Shown in pieces: positions 58,083-64,000 of a stretch of 64,000 nucleotides of DNA. The notes below the pieces were generated by a model, which worked only from the letters and a program-made list of their open reading frames with translations, was not told the DNA's origin and ran no database searches. The DNA lies in the NCBI GenBank assembly GCA_963756685.1, contig CAVWON010000007.1, positions 85,841-149,840 of the forward strand. The letters are read 5' to 3'. The stretch is from an uncultured Acidobacteriaceae bacterium (GTDB lineage Bacteria > Acidobacteriota > Terriglobia > Terriglobales > Acidobacteriaceae). The position numbers were made by a program, and so were the translations under genes. Position 1 is the stretch's first letter; each line of letters opens with the position of its first letter.

Positions 58083-58159
58083 GCGCCCGTAGCTCAGCTG
58101 GATAGAGCGGCAGCCTCCGAAGCTGTAGGTCAGAAGTTCGAATCTTCTCGGGCGCACCA
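58083..58159 (+). tRNA. tRNA-Arg(CCG)
   Basis: GCGCCCG/CGGGCGC acceptor stem, D-arm AGCTCAGCTGGATAGAGC, anticodon arm GCAGC-CTCCGAA-GCTGT, GTTCGAAT T-loop and encoded CCA. Confidence 0.97.
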
Positions 58160-58210
58160 CCAACACTTTATTGGATGGAGCACGCGCGACGCTTTGAAAG
58201 CGCGTGAGGG

Positions 58211-58436
58211 ATGGCGGTGGATGCAGTCTTGGGCGAACCCCTCTCTGCGATTAATTCCCTGTAACAGGGAAAAATACAGGGAAATTCTCTCGATTTCGTC
58301 CAATTGCTCCAGTGAAGAATCCCTCTATCGCTGTGTATTCAGGACGTTTACTAGGCTCTAGCTCTCAATCCGGCCTGTAAAGAACAGGGAATTAACAATC
58401 GGGTATCAGGGAATTAGATTCCCTGATACCCGATTG
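58211..58436. mobile_element. Putative island/recombination-site region with CAGGGAA palindromes
   Basis: TTCCCTGT-A-ACAGGGAA, two extra ACAGGGAA copies and a perfect 19-bp inverted repeat (58396-58414 / 58418-58436), next to the tRNA. Confidence 0.45.
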
Positions 58437-58554
58437 AAACCTGCGATATCGATCCCGCTTGGGATTCATATCGGCGAGCGTAATGTCAGGTCTAATTTCA
58501 ACGTTAGCTAGGTATCTTGAACGGCAGAGTGATTTCTCATAATTCCGAGGTGCG

Positions 58555-58926
58555 ATGGCTGAACGACTTTCCCGAAAGGAACTTTACGATCTTGTCTGGT
58601 CCGAACCGCTGATGACTCTTTGCTCACGATTCGGAATCTCCGATGTAGCGCTGAAGAAGACATGTGCGCGCTCTGAAATCCCGACACCCGAGCGAGGCTA
58701 TTGGGCCAAGAAGGAGGCTGGAAAGCCGACCTTCCAAGTAGCACTTCCGATACGTCCGCCCGGTATGGATGATCAGATCCTCATCGCAGCAGGTCAAAAC
58801 TATTGGTACCAGAACTGGAAAAAGGAGGAGCTTCTTGGCCCTCTTCCTCCGCCTCCTGAATTCTCTGAGCCAATCGAAGCTGTGCGAGAGCGGATTGCCT
58901 CTCCGACTCCAGGGAACTCGATTTGA
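58555..58926 (+). pseudogene. Probably truncated mobile-element-associated HTH-like protein
   Basis: LSRKELYDLVWSEP....FGISDVAL.K.C....IPTP.RGYWAK N-terminus, which I associate with longer island-borne proteins; the ORF ends abruptly. Confidence 0.55.
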
Positions 58927-59028
58927 TATTGCCGAAAGCCGGACTTTTCGGGCACCTGTCCGATTAGGCGGTTTTACGTCCACTTGCCGAAGGGCCGGAT
59001 CCGAATCGGCCAAGAGTGCGTCGGCCTA

Positions 59029-59175
59029 TGGCTGTTGAAAAACTCGATATTCACAACATCGGCACGATTTTGGGGGATGGTAAATGGTCAGTCGCTTCCT
59101 ACAAATCGCTTGTAGGGCATCCTGACGCGACGTTATTTTAGGCATCTTCCAGAATCTGAGTTCCTTCAACAGCCA
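59029..59175. mobile_element. Putative 147-bp MITE
   Basis: Terminal inverted repeats TGGCTGTTGAAAAACTC and GAGTTCCTTCAACAGCCA; no coding capacity. Confidence 0.6.
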
Positions 59176-59301
59176 CGCCTGTTATCGCCAACGGACAATC
59201 CTAGTTCCTGATCGGACCGAATGTGATCAGCACATTGGACGCGACTGCATCGGGGTCGTTGCTGCTCGAATGGTTCGGGTAAACTCGCGACTCAGTGGGG
59301 A

Positions 59302-60216
59302 TTAGGAAGAACCTGTTTTTCTGGGGCGTCGGGATCCGATGCGAAACTCGATGGGGGTGTTGCGAGTCTGACGCTTGAAGATCCTGCAAAAGTACTGCTC
59401 GTCGTCAAACCCACATCGATAACTGATCTCCTTGACGCGGAGATCGGTGCTACGCAACAGTTCACGGGCTGCGCTGATCTTGAGGTGAAGGCGGTACTGG
59501 TGCGGACTCGCGCCGGTGTGTTCGCGGAAGGTCCTGCGAAAGCTTGTGTAGCTGATGTTGAGGCTCTTAGCGATGTCTTCGAGCGCCATGTCGCGAGTCT
59601 TTTCGGCAAGCATTAGGGAGCGTGCCTGCTCGATGATCTGGGTCTCGCTTCTGGTTTTGCCCGAGAGCGGCTGCATGGAGGAATAGAGGAGAGCCAGCAG
59701 AACGCCTGCCCACCCGGCCATGACCTGCTGAAGTCCTGGCGTCTTTTCGCGTGCGCTCTGAAAGAGATGGTGAAAGCTGTTGAGCATGACCTTCTCTTCG
59801 CGAACAGGGATGACAGGGTTCTTCTTGTGGAGGCTGCGGTGTAGGACCTGCTCGACGCCATCGCCGGCGAATCCCACCCAATGCTCGTGCCAGCCGGTCA
59901 GATCGTCCGGTCTGTAACGATGCCACATGCCAGGCACGAGGAGAATGGCGTCGCCGGCAGTTACGCGAAACTTAGTCTTTGTGGTTTCGATTGTTCCGGC
60001 GCCCTCCGAGATGTAGACGATTTGATACTCGGACAACTTGCGGCCGTGTTGCCAGTCAAAGTGATGGGACGGCGGATGTTCGATAGGAGGATAGGGCGCG
60101 TGTGGCGCGATGATGCTCTCTCCGCAGGTCGTCACATACAGTCCCCACCGCCGCACTCGCCGATCGACACGGAAATAGCGGGAATAAATATGCGATTTCG
60201 AAGCAGGACTAGACAT
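59302..60216 (-). CDS. AraC-family transcriptional regulator (cupin plus HTH)
   Basis: EYQIVYISEG.G, PGMWHRYRP, W.EHWVGF and LRVKEISYRCGFDDEQYFCRIFK motifs. Confidence 0.93.
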   Translation of the reverse strand: MSSPASKSHIYSRYFRVDRRVRRWGLYVTTCGESIIAPHAPYPPIEHPPSHHFDWQHGRKLSEYQIVYISEGAGTIETTKTKFRVTAGDAILLVPGMWHRYRPDDLTGWHEHWVGFAGDGVEQVLHRSLHKKNPVIPVREEKVMLNSFHHLFQSAREKTPGLQQVMAGWAGVLLALLYSSMQPLSGKTRSETQIIEQARSLMLAEKTRDMALEDIAKSLNISYTSFRRTFREHTGASPHQYRLHLKISAARELLRSTDLRVKEISYRCGFDDEQYFCRIFKRQTRNTPIEFRIGSRRPRKTGSS

Positions 60217-60406
60217 GACTGGTCATTTTGTCCACTACGTTGGTCAGTATATGCAATGACGGTCGTTAGTGGGCCTATATACCGTGGGTGCGTTCGTAAA
60301 AAGTTTCCCTAATGATTTTGGGAAATTTCTAGATATGCGCATTGTGTCGACCTTCTGCAGGCCACGGATCTGCGGGGACATGGCCAATAAGGTTTTAGGA
60401 GGCTTT

Positions 60407-63400
60407 ATGTATCAGGTTCAATCGTTCAATAGAATCGCAGCGGCGGGAGCACTGTTCCTGATTAGCCTGGTGATGACGCTTCCGTTGGGAGCGCAGCAGT
60501 ACCTGGGAACACTAACAGGCGAAGTGACGGACGCCTCCGGAGCGAAGATCGTGAATGCCGACCTGTCGGCGACGGACATCACGACCCATTACACGACCAA
60601 GACAAAGACGAACGGTTCGGGGGTATACACGATCCCGTTTCTGACGCCCGACACCTATGAGGTGATGGTCGAGATCTCCGGTTTCCGCCCGGAGACAAGG
60701 ACTGGCCTTGTGTTGACGGCGGGCGGTGTCGTTCGGACGGATTTCGCACTGAAGGTCGGAGCGGTGGGCGAGCAGGTCGTGGTGACGGCCGGCGTTGAGA
60801 TGCTCGACACAGCGTCGGCGAATCTGGGAACGACGATGGGGACGAAGCAGGTCACCGACCTGCCAAACATTGGGCGTAACCCGTTCGTGCTCTCAACGCT
60901 GGCTGCAGGTGTAACGACGGGAGCCTACATGCAGTCCAAAGCCAGCGGCTTCACGAATCCCTTCAGTGGAACGGCGGTGCAGATCATCGCTGAAGGAAGC
61001 AGCGGTCACAACCGCCTGACGCTGGACGGTATTCCCGACGACCCGGCGGAACGGCTCTCAGGGGCGAGCTATACGGGCTTTGTGCCATCACCGGAGGCCG
61101 TGCAGGAGGTCAAGACGCAGACGGCGCTCTATGACGCGCAGTATGGACATGGGAACGGTACTGTGTTGAATACCGTCCTGAGGGCCGGGTCGAACCAGTA
61201 TCACGGCTCGGCGTACTACGTCTTTCGGAATACCTATCTGGACGCGAATACCTATGAGCGCGTACCGACGCAGAATGCCGCGGTAAACCCGACGCATCGG
61301 GTGAACGATCAATGGACCCAACCGGGGGGAGTAATTGACGGGCCACTGTCCATTCCGCATCTCTACAACGGCAAAGACAAGACGTTCTTTATGGCCGCAT
61401 ACGAATATATCCAGCTTCATCAACCGGTCCCGTTTTCAGGACTGGTTCCGACCACTGCACAGCTGGCCGGTGATTTCTCTGGTCTTTGCTCAAATTTCAT
61501 CGCAGGTGTGTGCGCTCCTGGTGCTGGGCGTCCAGCTATATGATCCAACCACAGCGGATGCGAATGGCAATCGGACGCCGTTCCTGAACAACAACATCAA
61601 AAGCAAGATCAATTCGGCGGGAGCAGCGCTGGGGAGCTACTATCCGGCCCCGAACAGCACACTCAGTCCGACGGTTAACTACATTTCTTCCCAAACCTCT
61701 TCGCCAAACAAATACTGGTCTTTCGTGACGCGAGTCGATCACTCGTTTTCCGACCGCAACAAGCTGAACGCCACTTTCTTCAAAGCCGTCCTGCACCAGA
61801 TTCAGCCAACTGAGGGATTTCCGAAACTCGTTGCTCCGACGGGAGTGGGCTACACGGTTTATCGCAACAACATCGGCGGAAGCTTGGATGATGTGATCGT
61901 TGTTTCGCCTACACTTGTGGTGGACGCGCGTATCGGAGTCATCTATCACCCATTTGGTTTGATCTATCCCGGAAGTACCTTCAATCTTTCCACGATCAAC
62001 ATCAATGGAACGGGTCTGCCATATCAGTCGTTTCCCGGCGTCTTTGCCTGCGATTCCTGTACCTCACCGGGAGGAGCTTCTGGCACCAGTCCGGGCACGA
62101 CGTCGCCCTATGCTGGACTCGCAGCCGGCAATACCGGGCAGATCAGCGAAGATACTCTAGGATCGACCTCTGTTCTGGTTTCGAAGTCCCTCAGCAAGCA
62201 CACTTTCAAAGTTGGCTTCGACGGTAACCTGACACGGTATAACGTACAGAATCCGCAAAGCGGCTTGGGAACGTTTAACTTCAACCGCCAATTCACGCAA
62301 AAGAACTCTGTCACCACGGCGGTCGGGAGCGACGCAAGCTCAGGGAACCCTTTTGCATCTTTGCTCCTGGGCTATCCTTCGAGCGGGACGTATGGCAATC
62401 AGATCGCCTATGCGCTTCAGCAGCTCTACTACGGCATCTACGCGCAGGACGACTGGCGTGTTATGAGGAACCTGACGGTCAACATGGGCATTCGCTGGGA
62501 CTACGAGACGCCATTTACTGAGCGCTACAACCGGCTCAACAACGGATTCTGCGCCTCGTGCCCGAACCCGCTGCAGTCCTCCGTGGCGGGTCTTACGCTC
62601 AATGGCGGCCTGCAGTTTGCCAGTCCGTCGAACCGATATGACTATCCGAGCGATTGGAATAATTTCCAACCAAGGTTGGGAGCGGTGTATCAATTAAATC
62701 CAAACGTGGTGCTGCGCGGGGGCTTTGGCATCATCTACTTCAACACGCTGGAAAGCCCGCTCGGACAAGGATTCAGTTCCTCAACCAGCTACGTGGCGAC
62801 GCTGGATAATACTCATCCTGCGAACGCCATCTCCAATCCATTTCCGACCGGGATTAAATCTGCCGACCGGGAGTTCGCTTGGATTGGCGACACAAAACGG
62901 CCAAAGCATAACTTATCCCGATCAGAACCATACACAGCCGAAGATCATGCAGTACTCTGTCAGCGTTCAGACACAGTTGCCCGCCAACGTCGTGCTTCAG
63001 ATCGCGTACGTCGGCAACAAGGCGTCGCAGCTTGAGATCAACAAGAGCATCGATGCATTACCGGCCCAGTATTACAACCAAGGGCCCGCAGGGGTCACTT
63101 ACCTGCAGACCCAAGTCACGAATCCGATGGCGGGTTTGCTCCCTGGATCATCGTTGAACTCTGCGACTGTTCAAAGACAGTTCTTGCTACTTCCGTACCC
63201 CGAATTTACGAACGTAACGGATAACTATGCTTCGAGGGGAAATGTTCTCTATAACTCGTTGCAAACCTCCGTTGTTAAGCGAGTGAGCCATGGGTTTTCG
63301 ATGCAGGGAAACTTTACGTGGTCGAAGATCATGGACCAGAACATCTATCTCAACGCTCAAGACCCCCTGAGTTCGCCCTTCCGTTATCAGGACCCCAACC

Positions 63401-63966
63401 CGAACCTGGTAGGGAACCTTGTTGGGATCTACCAGTTCTCTTCCTTGTCCGGCAAACGGGCCCTGGAGCGGTACACGCTAGGCGGATGGCAGATCAACGG
63501 GGTGCTTCGCGCGCAGAATGGCAACCTTGTGGCGACGCCTGCTAATGTCACTCCGCTTTCCAATCCGCACCTGGGAAATGCGACTTATGGCCGGTATTTT
63601 AATACCTGCTATGAGAACGCCGCCGGTGCTCTGGTGATGACGACTGCTTCCGCACCCGCTTGCGACAGCGCTTCTTCTATTCCCGCATACCAGCAGCATC
63701 TGTCCTTTACTCTGAACAATGTTGGGCCCTACATGAATTACGTTCGGCAGCGAGTTCATCCTCTCTTTGATTTCACGTTATTCAAACAATTCCAGTTGCA
63801 TGAGTCTCTCAACTTCGAGATTCGCGGCGAGTTTTTCAACATACTCAACACTCCTAACTTTGGCGGGCCTAATACGTCCCTTGGATCATCGAGCTACGGC
63901 ATCGTGACACTGACACAGGCAAACGATCCACGGCTGACGCAGTTGACAGCGCGCCTCAACTTCTAA
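60407..63966 (+). CDS. TonB-dependent receptor (Oar-like, carboxypeptidase-regulatory N-domain); two frameshifts
   Basis: GTLTGEVTDASGA, LPNIGRNPF, PSPEAVQEVK, YAQDDWRV..LTVNMGIRWD, FQPRLG and C-terminal PRLTQLTARLNF. Confidence 0.93.
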
Positions 63967-64000
63967 ACTCTTCCAATGGCGGACTTTCGCTTTGACTTCT

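Noticed and set aside
58212-58250. Second tRNA or exact attR duplicate of tRNA-Arg
   Set aside because: No cloverleaf and no match to the tRNA-Arg 3' end; kept only as a loose att-like motif

Overview
GC-rich bacterial chromosomal window, most likely Acidobacteriaceae (inferred from paired acidobacterial-type VWA proteins, an Oar-like TonB-dependent receptor, and GTAG/CGTC-type palindromic repeats). Single-base indels break many genes, including essential ones (tsf, rpsB, rplM, ahcY, gcvT), which indicates long-read error rather than pseudogenes. Housekeeping content: rplM-rpsI-rpsB-tsf, metK, ahcY, hisI-G-D-C-B-H-F plus a convergent hisA, glgC, ppk2, tatA, a methylmalonyl-CoA mutase catalytic subunit, gcvT-H-PA-PB and tRNA-Arg(CCG). 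Accessory content: a cluster of GT-C-like membrane proteins and O-acyltransferases, a PadR cassette, and a probable island after the tRNA (palindromic att-like region, truncated ORF, MITE, AraC plus TonB receptor). Best leads: (1) a complete, nearly leaderless His-leader attenuator; (2) a PadR cassette with tandem palindromic operators, two paralogous partner genes and a 24-codon PadR-tail mini-ORF; (3) a ~320-nt rplM leader closed by a perfect long-range 13-bp inverted repeat; (4) the CAGGGAA palindrome cluster next to the tRNA; (5) two unknown small genes embedded in the gcv operon. No CRISPR array or recognisable defence system was seen. Novelty of all leads is unverified without database searches.
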